Of a stretch of DNA of 64,000 bases, positions 29,640-39,354 are shown piece after piece. Location of the stretch: the NCBI GenBank assembly GCA_963676835.2, contig CAXXFF010000001.1, forward strand, positions 416,001 through 480,000, read 5' to 3'. Positions within the stretch are counted from its first letter, which is position 1; every line of letters starts with the position of its first letter. The DNA is from Marispirochaeta sp. (GTDB lineage: Bacteria > Spirochaetota > Spirochaetia > JC444 > Marispirochaetaceae). Under the pieces are notes generated by a model. It was not told the origin of the DNA. It saw nothing but the letters and a program-made list of their open reading frames with translations, and did no database searches. The position numbers and the translations under genes were made by a program.

Positions 29640-30704
29640 CTACATCACCTCCAGTTTCCCGAAAAGAGCCCCCGCATGATCAACCGCCTGCAGGATTTCT
29701 ATCAGCCCCTGAGTATCGACTCCAATTTCCCTTAGCAGATCCACAAACTGTTCTACACTGGGCCGGTCTTCGATAACAAAGCTTTCACTCTCTTTATCGG
29801 TAAAACCTCCGTTAATGCCGACACTTATTTTCAGCCCTTTATAGGAAACAGCTACCTTTCCTATCCGTACATCCTGCCCCATCACCACTACCCCGGTACG
29901 GGGATTGATTACAACCTTGTCTGCAAACAGGGCCGGGACATTCAGATTTTCAAGCTGCGCAATAAAGGCAACGCTTTTCTCTCTATATTCCTCGGGAACC
30001 ATTACCCCGATACGGCTTGCATCGGCAAAGCTTATTTCAAAGCCGGTTTCTTCGGTAATAATCTCACTGATTTTTGCTGCTGCAGTGTAATCCGGTTCCT
30101 TAAGTATTATGGTAACACGGTTGTCTTCCATAATCCTGCTGTTAACAGCCTTTTCTATTATTGCAGCCCCTGGAAGAAGAGCTACGGTATTGTTTGAACT
30201 TTCACCGGATGCCGGAATTACCCCCTGTGCAGCTGCGTAGACGATACCGTCTGCACCCTGCAGGGGTGACTGCAGGAGCACTCCTCCCGCAAGGGATTTG
30301 GCATCGCCCAGGCTTGAAACCTGTATACTCACCCGCTCCCCTGGCTGAACATAGGCGGGAATATCTGCGGTAAGCAGCACAACCGCACTGTTCTTGCTGC
30401 GTATATCCTGTTCGCTTACCTGTTCGGTATAGTTTGAAACTATGTTTGCCAGGAATTTCCGCATCAGCACGGAAGACTGTGAATCACCCTTGCCGGCAAG
30501 ACCGGTTACAAACCCGATGCCGCTGAGCTGATTTTCCCGGAACCCCTGTATAAAAGAGATCTCTTTAAGCTTTACCTCTGAAGTTTCTGAAACAGCGGAT
30601 ACAGCCTGCTCCTGGGAGAACAGAAGATTACAGGGAATGAACAAAAAGATTGCGAGAACAGGTATCCATAATAGTCTGGTCTTTTTCATACTGATTTCCT
30701 TCAT
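29640..30704 (-). CDS. flgI: Flagellar P-ring protein
   Basis: RENQLSGIGFVTGLAGKGD, SSLGDAKSLAGGVLL, KVVINPRTGVVVMG. Confidence 0.92.
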   Translation of the reverse strand: MKEISMKKTRLLWIPVLAIFLFIPCNLLFSQEQAVSAVSETSEVKLKEISFIQGFRENQLSGIGFVTGLAGKGDSQSSVLMRKFLANIVSNYTEQVSEQDIRSKNSAVVLLTADIPAYVQPGERVSIQVSSLGDAKSLAGGVLLQSPLQGADGIVYAAAQGVIPASGESSNNTVALLPGAAIIEKAVNSRIMEDNRVTIILKEPDYTAAAKISEIITEETGFEISFADASRIGVMVPEEYREKSVAFIAQLENLNVPALFADKVVINPRTGVVVMGQDVRIGKVAVSYKGLKISVGINGGFTDKESESFVIEDRPSVEQFVDLLREIGVDTQGLIEILQAVDHAGALFGKLEVM

Positions 30705-30717
30705 ATTTCAGTGCCGC

Positions 30718-31479
30718 TTAAAACAGGGCTTCTGCGGAGGATTGACTGGTAATTCTTGCATCAATTAAACGTCCGGTACCGTTCAGCCGCACCCGGGTTG
30801 TTTCCCCGACAACGGCGGTACTGTTAACCCGTCCAGGGGCGGTAATAAATATCCCCTGCCGGTAGATAAGTACATTAATCAGTGTTCCGGCCCGTACAGT
30901 TATCTTTTCCGGAGTGCTTTTAAGAGAGTTTGTGCTGATGTGAATATTCCTGAAGCTGCTTTTTTCCGTGCTGCCGTCAGTACCGGAATATACGGATAGA
31001 GCCGCCATGGTAAGCCGAAGCATCCTGTTGGAATGATATGTCGCCTGCCTGATAGTTTTTCCCTCACGGATATCCTGCAGCAGGCCTTTCCAGTCCTCAA
31101 GGGGAATACTGAATGATTCAGCCTTGTTTAAGAGCTCATCGGAGATTATCCGATACTGTTCGCAGCCAGTTTCATTATCGGATAGGTTTTCTTCATCAAC
31201 GGCCGGAAAAATCCAGATCCCCTCTCCTACAAGAGAACCTTTCAAATCGTCATCAAGCAGTGAGGCAATACTGTTTTGTGAAAGAAATGTGACTGCGTTT
31301 CGTGTATCAATACTTTGGGGAAGCATTTGGCCGGAAAGACGGGTAGATGGCTGTATGAACAGGTCGTTAAGAAGGGAATGATCTCCCGCGGTAATATCGC
31401 TTTTAAGATAAAGAGTCTCCGCCGCGGCTGCACTGGAAAGCAGCAGGAACACGGCGAAGACCATTGCCGGGAATTTCAT
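30718..31479 (-). CDS. flgA: Putative P-ring assembly chaperone FlgA-like protein
   Basis: Signal peptide; C-terminal VRAGTLINV...G.TTRVRL resembles the FlgA C-terminal domain; lies between flgG and flgI. Confidence 0.6.
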   Translation of the reverse strand: MKFPAMVFAVFLLLSSAAAAETLYLKSDITAGDHSLLNDLFIQPSTRLSGQMLPQSIDTRNAVTFLSQNSIASLLDDDLKGSLVGEGIWIFPAVDEENLSDNETGCEQYRIISDELLNKAESFSIPLEDWKGLLQDIREGKTIRQATYHSNRMLRLTMAALSVYSGTDGSTEKSSFRNIHISTNSLKSTPEKITVRAGTLINVLIYRQGIFITAPGRVNSTAVVGETTRVRLNGTGRLIDARITSQSSAEALF

Positions 31480-31504
31480 CCCTCACCTCAATTTATGAAA
31501 ACTG

Positions 31505-32299
31505 TTACCGTTTCAGTCCGTTGGCAATACCGAGCATGCTGTCGGAGGTCTGGATGGCTTTGGAGTTCAGTTCGTAAGCCCTCTGGGCTACGATCATATT
31601 CACCATCTCCTTTACCACTGAAACGTTGGACATTTCGAGAAATTTATGGATGGTTTTACCCATACCGTCAAAACCGGGGCGGCCGCCGATGGCCTCGCCT
31701 GAACCGTTGGTTACCTTGTAGAGGTTTTCGCCTATGGCCTGCAGACCCGCAGGGTTAACAAAGCGGTAGAGCTCAAGCTGGCCCACCTCGATGGGATCAT
31801 CAGAACCTGCAACCTTAACACTTACCCGCCCGTCCTGGGAGATAGTCAGGCTGTCCCGGACAAAACCTTCCGGCAATGTAATCTCCGGCATAAGGCGGTA
31901 GCCGTTGGAGCTGACAATCTGTCCCTCTGAATCTATTTTAAACGCGCCGTCACGGGTGTAGCCGTAGGTGCCGTCGATTAAGAGTTCCCGGAAAAAGCCC
32001 TCTCCCTGAATGGCAATGTCGGAAATATTATCCGTTGCCTGCAGGGCGCCCTGTGTAAAGAGCTTCTGGGTTGCCGCAACTCTGGTACCGTGTCCAACCT
32101 GAACGCCAACCGGTACGGTGGTCAGTTCTGTTGCCGGTGTTCCCGCCAGACGGGAGGTCTGGTAGAGCAGGTCTTCAAAATCGATCCTGTTCTGTTTGAA
32201 TCCCGTGGTGTTTACGTTGGAAAGGTTATTGGAAATTGTATCTATATTAAACTGCTGTCCGGTCATTCCGGATGCTGCTGTCCACAGTGAGCGCATCAT
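31505..32299 (-). CDS. flgG: Flagellar distal rod protein
   Basis: SLWTAASGM, NNLSNVNTTGFK, FEDLLYQ, YTRDGAF, LEMSNV...AQRAYE. Confidence 0.95.
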   Translation of the reverse strand: MMRSLWTAASGMTGQQFNIDTISNNLSNVNTTGFKQNRIDFEDLLYQTSRLAGTPATELTTVPVGVQVGHGTRVAATQKLFTQGALQATDNISDIAIQGEGFFRELLIDGTYGYTRDGAFKIDSEGQIVSSNGYRLMPEITLPEGFVRDSLTISQDGRVSVKVAGSDDPIEVGQLELYRFVNPAGLQAIGENLYKVTNGSGEAIGGRPGFDGMGKTIHKFLEMSNVSVVKEMVNMIVAQRAYELNSKAIQTSDSMLGIANGLKR

Positions 32300-32344
32300 A
32301 TCAGTCTACCTCCTGCTCTCTTCTTTATACTCATTTATACTCTT

Positions 32345-33193
32345 TTATACTCGTACAGCCTGGTTAATCAGTTTATCGGTCATCTGGTCGTGAGCCTGAA
32401 TGGCCTTCTGATTTGCTTCGTAGGCACGGTTTACTTCGATCATCTTAACCATTTCGGTTACGGGGTTTACGTTGGAACCTTCAAGAAAGCCCTGGCGGAC
32501 CTTGAGGCCATCGGAAACTCCGATGGGCCGGGGATCACCTGAAAAGCGGTCGTTCAGCCAGAGGCTGTCTCCCTGTTTTTTCAGGTAACGGTCACGGGGG
32601 AAGTCCACCATTTTAAGGCGGTCCACCATTTCCATGTTTTCCCACTCGTTCTCTTCCAGGCTTACCAGCCGCTCCGGGTCGTCGGCAAAGCTTGCGTTCT
32701 GCCATACCCGGCCTTCCTGGTCCACTACGAAGTTGTTTTTCTTAAGGTTGATTATGCCCTTTTCACCCATTACCGGCAGGCCCTGCTTGTTTACCAGCAC
32801 ACCTTCTGTGCTGACATGGAAGGATCCGTTTCTGGTGAAGCGCTCCCCTGTGGGGGTATCTATGGTAAAAAAACCTTGGCCTTCAAGGGCAAGGTCGAAG
32901 GGGTTTTCAGTCTGCTTGAGGGCGCCCTGGCTGAAGATGGTGAAGCTTTCGTTGTACTCCACACCGGTGCCGAGGGTACCGATAACGGGAGCCTGGTCTA
33001 CTGATCCTGGAGGTATGGTAAAGAGGCCGTCGTCATTCATCCGCCGCAGCAGCAGTTCCGGAAAAGCCTTATGGACCGACGTGTCTTTCTTGTAACCCGT
33101 AAGATCCACATTGGCCAGGTTATTGGAAATAGCGTCGAGATTGTGCATCTGGGCAATCATGCCGCTGGCACCGGTGTATATTCCTCGAATCAT
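32345..33193 (-). CDS. flgF: Flagellar rod protein FlgF/FlhO
   Basis: NNLANVDLTGYKKD, TRNGSF, QGFLEGSNVNPVTEMV. Confidence 0.82.
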   Translation of the reverse strand: MIRGIYTGASGMIAQMHNLDAISNNLANVDLTGYKKDTSVHKAFPELLLRRMNDDGLFTIPPGSVDQAPVIGTLGTGVEYNESFTIFSQGALKQTENPFDLALEGQGFFTIDTPTGERFTRNGSFHVSTEGVLVNKQGLPVMGEKGIINLKKNNFVVDQEGRVWQNASFADDPERLVSLEENEWENMEMVDRLKMVDFPRDRYLKKQGDSLWLNDRFSGDPRPIGVSDGLKVRQGFLEGSNVNPVTEMVKMIEVNRAYEANQKAIQAHDQMTDKLINQAVRV

Positions 33194-33338
33194 GGAGCCT
33201 CCCTCTATTCCATTATCGAAATAAAGGGGGCATCTCCTGAGTTGTTTTTCCGCATGTTTTCTGCCGGGTTATACTGTTTTTTCCATCGGGGACTCCTCTT
33301 GATTTTTAGGAGCGGGAGGGGTAAAAATATTCAACCGT

Positions 33339-33410
33339 GCCAGAATAGCTCAGGGGTAGAGCAACGCTCTCGTAAAGCGTAGGTCGTGAGTTCAAATCTC
33401 ACTTCTGGCT
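33339..33410 (+). tRNA. tRNA-Thr(CGT)
   Basis: GCCAGAA/TTCTGGC acceptor stem, anticodon arm ACGCT-CTCGTAA-AGCGT, T-loop GTTCAAAT; no encoded CCA. Confidence 0.93.
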
Positions 33411-33589
33411 AATCATAATTCCTTACACAGTAAGAATATAAAAAGCTACCGGACAAACCGGCGCTTTTACCACAGGCAAAGTCTGCCAACTGTAAGAAAG
33501 AATCTGTCAGAAGATTCACTTCGGTTGGGACTTCGGAGGTAAGAATGCGTCGGTTTTCCTGATTGAATAATTACCTTAGACAGCACTAT

Positions 33590-34981
33590 TTAGACTGAAT
33601 CAAACATGCCCGTTTGCATAGCCAGATCTATATTATTCGCATTGCTCATAAGAATTTTCAACCACTCTGGTTCGAATTCAGATTCATTATCCTGCAGGTT
33701 AAGATCCATTGGAATCTGACAAATTTGTATTCTTATTGTACTGTTACTTCTTTCATCTACGACCTTTAATGTACGGAACTGCGAAGATGTTATCTTCGTT
33801 CCAGGATAGAGTAATAAAACCTTGTCTGCTCCACGTCGAACTGCATAGCTGATCATCTGGTATATATCCGCCTGTGAAATACCATACTTTTCTTCTCTAT
33901 TGCTTAGATCAATCTGTTTATATTTTGCATCCCCGATTATTACACTTCCGCTATTTTTTTGCTTCAGGAGTAAGTCATTCTCATACTGAAAGAGATCTTC
34001 ATTATTCTCAACTACCAGATAACCTCTTTTCTTGACTTCCAAGGTCCAATCTGACGGCAATCTGCTGGCAAGATACCCTGCTGCGAAATTCTCAAACAAG
34101 CTGGAGGTTTGTATAAACACATGGTCTATTCCATATTCTCCCGAGGAGACATCCGCCATTCGGAAAGATAAGAACATTTTGCAATAATCGAGGATAGGTA
34201 TGTAGTCTTGTTGATAGGCATTAAGTCTCACCTTCAAACAGTCTCGGTAATTTACTCTTTGCTCTGTCACATCTTCCAAATGTGCGATAGTAGCAGATAA
34301 AATGCGTCTGTTTTCATAGAGATGAGTACGAGATATTAAAAGACTGCATACATATTTTACAATACGATTAAAAAGATTGTCTTCCTGGAAAAGTTCAAAG
34401 GTGCATGCAATCCTGTCATGACGCCCACTGGCTATATTCTTCCGGATTTGTTCGGAAAAATCGATTCTGCCTCTCACGGTACCGATATTCTCAGCAATTT
34501 CCTGATAAGAATTATATTGCCGTTGTGAGAGCAAGGCTAATGTACGATTTGCAAAGGTATTGATTAAGATCTCTGAAAAAATGGTGCTACATGCTTCGAT
34601 GCCACTGGAAACTGAAGCACTTTCCATCATCTTTAATCTTGTAGAAAAACTGAACATTCGGTCCAGATATCTTGCTGCAAATAGAACATCATTATTCTGA
34701 AAAATTTTAGGAAGAATAAGATATTGAGCACACCCGGTAGTTATTATTCCAATATAACCGCCCGGTTTAACTGTTACAGTACCATCTGCTTGCCAGTGAA
34801 ACTTAATTAGATTCTGTGCTAATGAATCATTATCTGATTCTTTTTTATAGTAACAATCATACAATATGCACGAGCTTCTCTCCCTCCAGACTTTTCTGCA
34901 GGATTCTTCCAGCTTGAGTGCTTCATCATGCTCCAGTGAATAGATTTGATGTTCAAATAATATTATTGAATTATTCGTCAT
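33590..34981 (-). CDS. mcrC: McrC-family nuclease subunit
   Basis: VRGRIDF, DNLFNRI, LFENF, IGDAKYK, ADIYQMISYA, LLYP; overlaps mcrB. Confidence 0.88.
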   Translation of the reverse strand: MTNNSIILFEHQIYSLEHDEALKLEESCRKVWRERSSCILYDCYYKKESDNDSLAQNLIKFHWQADGTVTVKPGGYIGIITTGCAQYLILPKIFQNNDVLFAARYLDRMFSFSTRLKMMESASVSSGIEACSTIFSEILINTFANRTLALLSQRQYNSYQEIAENIGTVRGRIDFSEQIRKNIASGRHDRIACTFELFQEDNLFNRIVKYVCSLLISRTHLYENRRILSATIAHLEDVTEQRVNYRDCLKVRLNAYQQDYIPILDYCKMFLSFRMADVSSGEYGIDHVFIQTSSLFENFAAGYLASRLPSDWTLEVKKRGYLVVENNEDLFQYENDLLLKQKNSGSVIIGDAKYKQIDLSNREEKYGISQADIYQMISYAVRRGADKVLLLYPGTKITSSQFRTLKVVDERSNSTIRIQICQIPMDLNLQDNESEFEPEWLKILMSNANNIDLAMQTGMFDSV

Positions 34982-37064
34982 GCTGCTTATAACGAATTAA
35001 ACCAAGTGTATTTTCTTCAATCTTGCCTTCCGGGATATTCAGCCCCTGAAATACATTTTTAATTTTAGAACTATCACCAAAAAAGTATTCATCAAGAAGA
35101 GGCAAAACCTGGCCATTCAGTATTACACCTAAATCTTCAATGTCCTTTCCTATGAAGTAGGAATGGCCAATTTGGTGGTCTTTATCCTTTTCGTGAACAA
35201 TATTCTTGTTCATTGCCTCAAGTAAATCCCTCAATGTATCATCTTCTATCAAGGAGTAGTCAGGATACATCTGTTTAAAAACAAAACGTCGTCTTAATGC
35301 AACATCCAGAGTAGTTATACTTTTATCTGCAGTATTCATAGTTCCTATAACATATAGGTTTTCGGGCACACCGAAAGTTCTATCCCCTTCAGCAGAACCT
35401 GGAAGGCTGACTGTCAAGCCCCTAAGCTTTCCTTCATCATCCGGCCTTAAGCGTTTATCCGGTTCCAGAAGTGTTATTAATTCCCCGAATATTCTTGGTA
35501 TGTTCCCCCGGTTTATTTCATCAATTATAAGAACATAATTTCGCCGTTCTTTCTGTTCCGCAGGAATTTCAACTAAGGCCTTGATATTTTCCCACCGCAG
35601 ATTTTTTGTAGCCAGTTCATAAAGGGTTTGCTGTGAAAATATTTTATCCTGAATTTGTTCAACAGGAATACTTACATCTGTGAGAAGCCATTCGACCGGT
35701 CGGTAATGGTTATATCGGATATCAGTATCATCTTTATATTCATAGGGGCCATTCACCCTGCCTATTGCTCGTACTTTCAGGTTTCCCTGGGATATCATAA
35801 CCAAATCGCCATCTTTCAAGTCATGAATAAAACGCCAGCAAACCTTTGCCGCGAAATCGGGGGAATCTTCAACAATGCCCTCCGCGACTAACATATCCTT
35901 TATTTTCTTCTGTCCATGCTCGTCTTTGGTCTCATCATAAAGGGCTGTAAAATTAACGCCTTTAGCAAAGCCATGGGCTATATAGTTTTCGTTGATACAG
36001 TAATCATAAATCTCCTGATCTGCTTTCAGCTGGCTGTTGCCCAGGGACATTTTATAAATCCGCTCGTTCCCAGTCAGTGCAGTGCCTTTTTTGCGGTCCC
36101 CATACTCTGAACGGGCGGCCTCAGCAATCTTTTTAAATATACCGTCCTTCATTTCATAGCTAATACTATTGGTACTATCGTTCAATACCGGTCGAATACC
36201 CTGAAGGAAATCCTCATAAGAAAATGAGGGATGAAACGTAAGGAATGCAATTCGCTGATCATCGACAAGGCGATAGAAGGTTTTTTCAAGCAGAGCACGA
36301 TCTGCTTTTGGGTCGTTTAATATTGCTGAAATTTCTTCATGTACAACTTTATCGGTCCTGCTGATAATCTCCAGGGCCTTATTTATAGTAGTATAAGTTT
36401 TCCCCGTGCCGGGAGGTCCGTACAAAATGGTATTAAGAGGCAAATTATCACTGTTTTCTTCTTCGAATTCGCCTGCTTTTATCTTAAGCCACTCGGCCCA
36501 GAGTCGACGGGAGAAATCTATCATCCCCTCCCCTGGTTTTCTTCTATTCAGTAATGCCAAGTAATACGAGCTGATTTTCTTTACATTCGGCTTTTCTCCG
36601 CAAAGCCCAGCCAATGCAGTATGCAGGAAGATTGCGCATACCGCCGGGTTATTTCTATTTTGATAGTGAAATGCTATTTTCCATTTAATGGAAGGCCCCA
36701 AATCTATAGCGTCAATTTTCTCCAATTCACCTTTTTGGGCATGCTCTATGACATCAATAATCCTTGAGTGAATATTTGTATAAGCCTCATCCGGGGTTGT
36801 TCCGTCTTTTGAGTACCAACCATATCCATCGTTATATGAGCGTTTATTATTTGATTCTTTCTCGTCACTGTTTTTTCGTGAATAGATTCCAAACTTAAAC
36901 GAAGAGCCACCACCTATGCCACCATATTTAGCCAGACCGAATTCCAGCCAGTAGGTAAATGTGGTTTTATCTCCGGCTTTGGTGTATTCCGACAGCTTCA
37001 TTTTTTTTACTTTTTCGGGGGGCCAAACTTCAAGAAACTCATCCCACGTATCTTTTTCCGGCAT
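34971..37064 (-). CDS. mcrB: McrB-family AAA+ GTPase
   Basis: GPPGTGKT, TFHPSFSYEDF, IDEINRGN, MNTAD, ALRRRF, IGHSYF. Confidence 0.92.
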   Translation of the reverse strand: MPEKDTWDEFLEVWPPEKVKKMKLSEYTKAGDKTTFTYWLEFGLAKYGGIGGGSSFKFGIYSRKNSDEKESNNKRSYNDGYGWYSKDGTTPDEAYTNIHSRIIDVIEHAQKGELEKIDAIDLGPSIKWKIAFHYQNRNNPAVCAIFLHTALAGLCGEKPNVKKISSYYLALLNRRKPGEGMIDFSRRLWAEWLKIKAGEFEEENSDNLPLNTILYGPPGTGKTYTTINKALEIISRTDKVVHEEISAILNDPKADRALLEKTFYRLVDDQRIAFLTFHPSFSYEDFLQGIRPVLNDSTNSISYEMKDGIFKKIAEAARSEYGDRKKGTALTGNERIYKMSLGNSQLKADQEIYDYCINENYIAHGFAKGVNFTALYDETKDEHGQKKIKDMLVAEGIVEDSPDFAAKVCWRFIHDLKDGDLVMISQGNLKVRAIGRVNGPYEYKDDTDIRYNHYRPVEWLLTDVSIPVEQIQDKIFSQQTLYELATKNLRWENIKALVEIPAEQKERRNYVLIIDEINRGNIPRIFGELITLLEPDKRLRPDDEGKLRGLTVSLPGSAEGDRTFGVPENLYVIGTMNTADKSITTLDVALRRRFVFKQMYPDYSLIEDDTLRDLLEAMNKNIVHEKDKDHQIGHSYFIGKDIEDLGVILNGQVLPLLDEYFFGDSSKIKNVFQGLNIPEGKIEENTLGLIRYKQHDE

Positions 37065-37203
37065 TTAAAGCTCCTCAGACCTATTTAAAATAACTTCAGA
37101 TCCACGTTGTATAAGATCAAATAAAAAATACTTATCTGTGAAACATTTTTTCTTATTAAGTAATATCTTTCTCTTGCCGTTATAGCCAAGCCTAAGAAAG
37201 GTA

Positions 37204-37596
37204 TTAAAGAAATTTCAAAACTATAGGGGCAACTGTCCCAAAAAGCGATACAATCAGGGCGGCTGAAGCAAACCATGTGGCAATACGTGAAGATTTCCGT
37301 GCTTCCTGTAATTCAGTGTATTCAATCAATCGAAACTTATCTTCTACCGAGATAGAAAGCATATCTCTGTTAGATTCGTGTTCCAGACGCCGATTGATTT
37401 CACCTATACCCCAGGTTCTTAAGAATGCAGCTTCAAGATGAAGAAATTTTCCAATACTTATCTGAGCTCTCAATTTTTTGTCATTAATAGAATCAGGCTC
37501 TATTTCAAACTCTTCTCTCAATTCTGTATACGTAAAGGACTCTTTCTCATCTGCCCATTTGAGTATACGAATGTATATATCATCTGTTTCTCTCAT
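37204..37596 (-). CDS. Hypothetical protein with C-terminal transmembrane helix
   Basis: 130-aa ORF between hsdS and mcrB; hydrophobic tail IATWFASAALIVSLFGTVAPIV. Confidence 0.6.
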   Translation of the reverse strand: MRETDDIYIRILKWADEKESFTYTELREEFEIEPDSINDKKLRAQISIGKFLHLEAAFLRTWGIGEINRRLEHESNRDMLSISVEDKFRLIEYTELQEARKSSRIATWFASAALIVSLFGTVAPIVLKFL

Positions 37597-37680
37597 ATGA
37601 CCATTATACCATCAATAATCGTTCCACAGTCTTTTGGGACTGTTATAGATCGAATTAACCCATTTACCACTATTGACTAC

Positions 37681-39354
37681 TTACACATTCGTCAAAACCG
37701 ACTGCAGCAACTTCTCCCGAGTCTCCTCCGAATGATCAATCTTCTCAATCATACTGTCGCAATAACCCATAAGCTCATTGATTTTGGTGACGATTCGTTT
37801 CTGTTCTTTCAGAGGTGGGAACGGAACTTGAATTGACTTGATCAGTCTCAATGTAAGGTGTTTTACACCTAAACCTCTTACATATTTGCCATCATAAGTT
37901 ATTGTCGAGAACTCTTCATCAAATATGTATTTAATATATTCCGTGACGACAAATTCTTTCTGAAAATTTATTACTCCAATACTTTCTACTAAATATAAAT
38001 CATACAGTGATTCTATAATTGCAGTTCGACCTATACTACCACTTTTTGTGACCAAGAGACTTTTCTCTTGAAGCATGAATTTTTGCTTCTGGCTTTCATA
38101 TTCGTCGATAGTGACATAATTACAATTTTCTAAATTTATCCTGTTAGCATATACATCTTTAGCAGATATACACGGCACACCTGATCCAACATAGTTCGGA
38201 GCATAATGCACTCCGTCTGTAACTGAAAGTGCAATTTTATCGATACTGGTCCACACCCACCCCGCCGGCAGCTCATAAGGAATCTCCTCACGCCTTATCT
38301 CCGGCAAATCCTTCTGCCTCTTAATCTTCCCTTCCCCAATCAACTTCTCTTTCTCAGCCTGAATCTTTTTCAACAATTCACTGGCTGGTTGATCATTCGG
38401 ATCCTGGGGAACAAGTTTCCCCATCATAGCTAACTGCAGAATGGCTTTTTTCAGTTCTTCCACATTCTCTTTTACCGAGTAGATGTGTGAAAAGTTTCGG
38501 GTAATGAAGTTGAAGGAGTTTTGGAAGGATTCTTTATCGGGGCTTTCCAGCAGCAGATGCAAAGCTGCAGTATTTACTTGCAGACGCTTTTCTTCCTGAG
38601 CCTTTTTCAGGCGCTCCATTTCATCGCAGCGGGCCATGAGTTCATTGATTTTGGTGACGATTCGTTTTTGTTCGTTTAGGGGGGGGAGAGGTATATGAAA
38701 GTTATTTAAACTTTCTAAATTGATTTTCGGCATTTTGACTCTGTTCTCGGCTACAATTACTTGTTTGAGAAAAACATCTGACAGCATCAACCTTAGCATA
38801 AAATCTAAATCAATAAAGCATCTAATAGGATACATGTCTGCACTACATAATCCATCATATGGCGCAATTACTATTTTATTTAATGATGGACGGATTTTTG
38901 AGTAAATAATCTGACTCTGATAAAATCGATTATTTGGACCTGTTACTCCCGATTCTAATACAGTTCTACTTGAAATCAATTTACCAGTATCTTTTTCAAT
39001 AATATCAGGTGCGATTTGTTTTTCATCCGGATAGTCCACAGGGTTAACTAATTCTGATTGAACCTCATTTACATTATTAAATTTAATCCATTCCCAATTC
39101 ATCGGGATCTCATATGGAATATCCTCCGGCTTAAGTGCCGATAAGGTCTTTTGCTTTCTAATCTTCCCTTCCGAAATCAGCTTCTCTTTCTCTGCCACTA
39201 CCTCTTTCAACAACTCACTGGCTGGTTGATCATTAACATCTTGAGGAACCAGTTTTCCCATCATTGCTAATTTTAAAATCAGACTTCTTAGTTCTTTAAT
39301 CCCATTAGGCGAATCAAAAGCCGTTTCAAAATGCTTCTCAAGCAACTCCATCAA
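37681..39354 (-). CDS. hsdS: Type I R-M specificity subunit
   Basis: Two conserved repeats (GKLVPQD.NDQPASELL; PPL.EQKRIV.KI) flanking two AT-rich TRDs. Confidence 0.93.
   Translation of the reverse strand: MMELLEKHFETAFDSPNGIKELRSLILKLAMMGKLVPQDVNDQPASELLKEVVAEKEKLISEGKIRKQKTLSALKPEDIPYEIPMNWEWIKFNNVNEVQSELVNPVDYPDEKQIAPDIIEKDTGKLISSRTVLESGVTGPNNRFYQSQIIYSKIRPSLNKIVIAPYDGLCSADMYPIRCFIDLDFMLRLMLSDVFLKQVIVAENRVKMPKINLESLNNFHIPLPPLNEQKRIVTKINELMARCDEMERLKKAQEEKRLQVNTAALHLLLESPDKESFQNSFNFITRNFSHIYSVKENVEELKKAILQLAMMGKLVPQDPNDQPASELLKKIQAEKEKLIGEGKIKRQKDLPEIRREEIPYELPAGWVWTSIDKIALSVTDGVHYAPNYVGSGVPCISAKDVYANRINLENCNYVTIDEYESQKQKFMLQEKSLLVTKSGSIGRTAIIESLYDLYLVESIGVINFQKEFVVTEYIKYIFDEEFSTITYDGKYVRGLGVKHLTLRLIKSIQVPFPPLKEQKRIVTKINELMGYCDSMIEKIDHSEETREKLLQSVLTNV

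Noticed and set aside
29334..33193. Absence of flgH and short FlgJ as a novelty
   Set aside because: Expected for spirochaetes with periplasmic flagella.
33212..33240. Sigma28-like promoter upstream of flgF (TCAG-N16-TTCGATAA, minus strand)
   Set aside because: Mismatches in both boxes; plausible but not supportable by eye.
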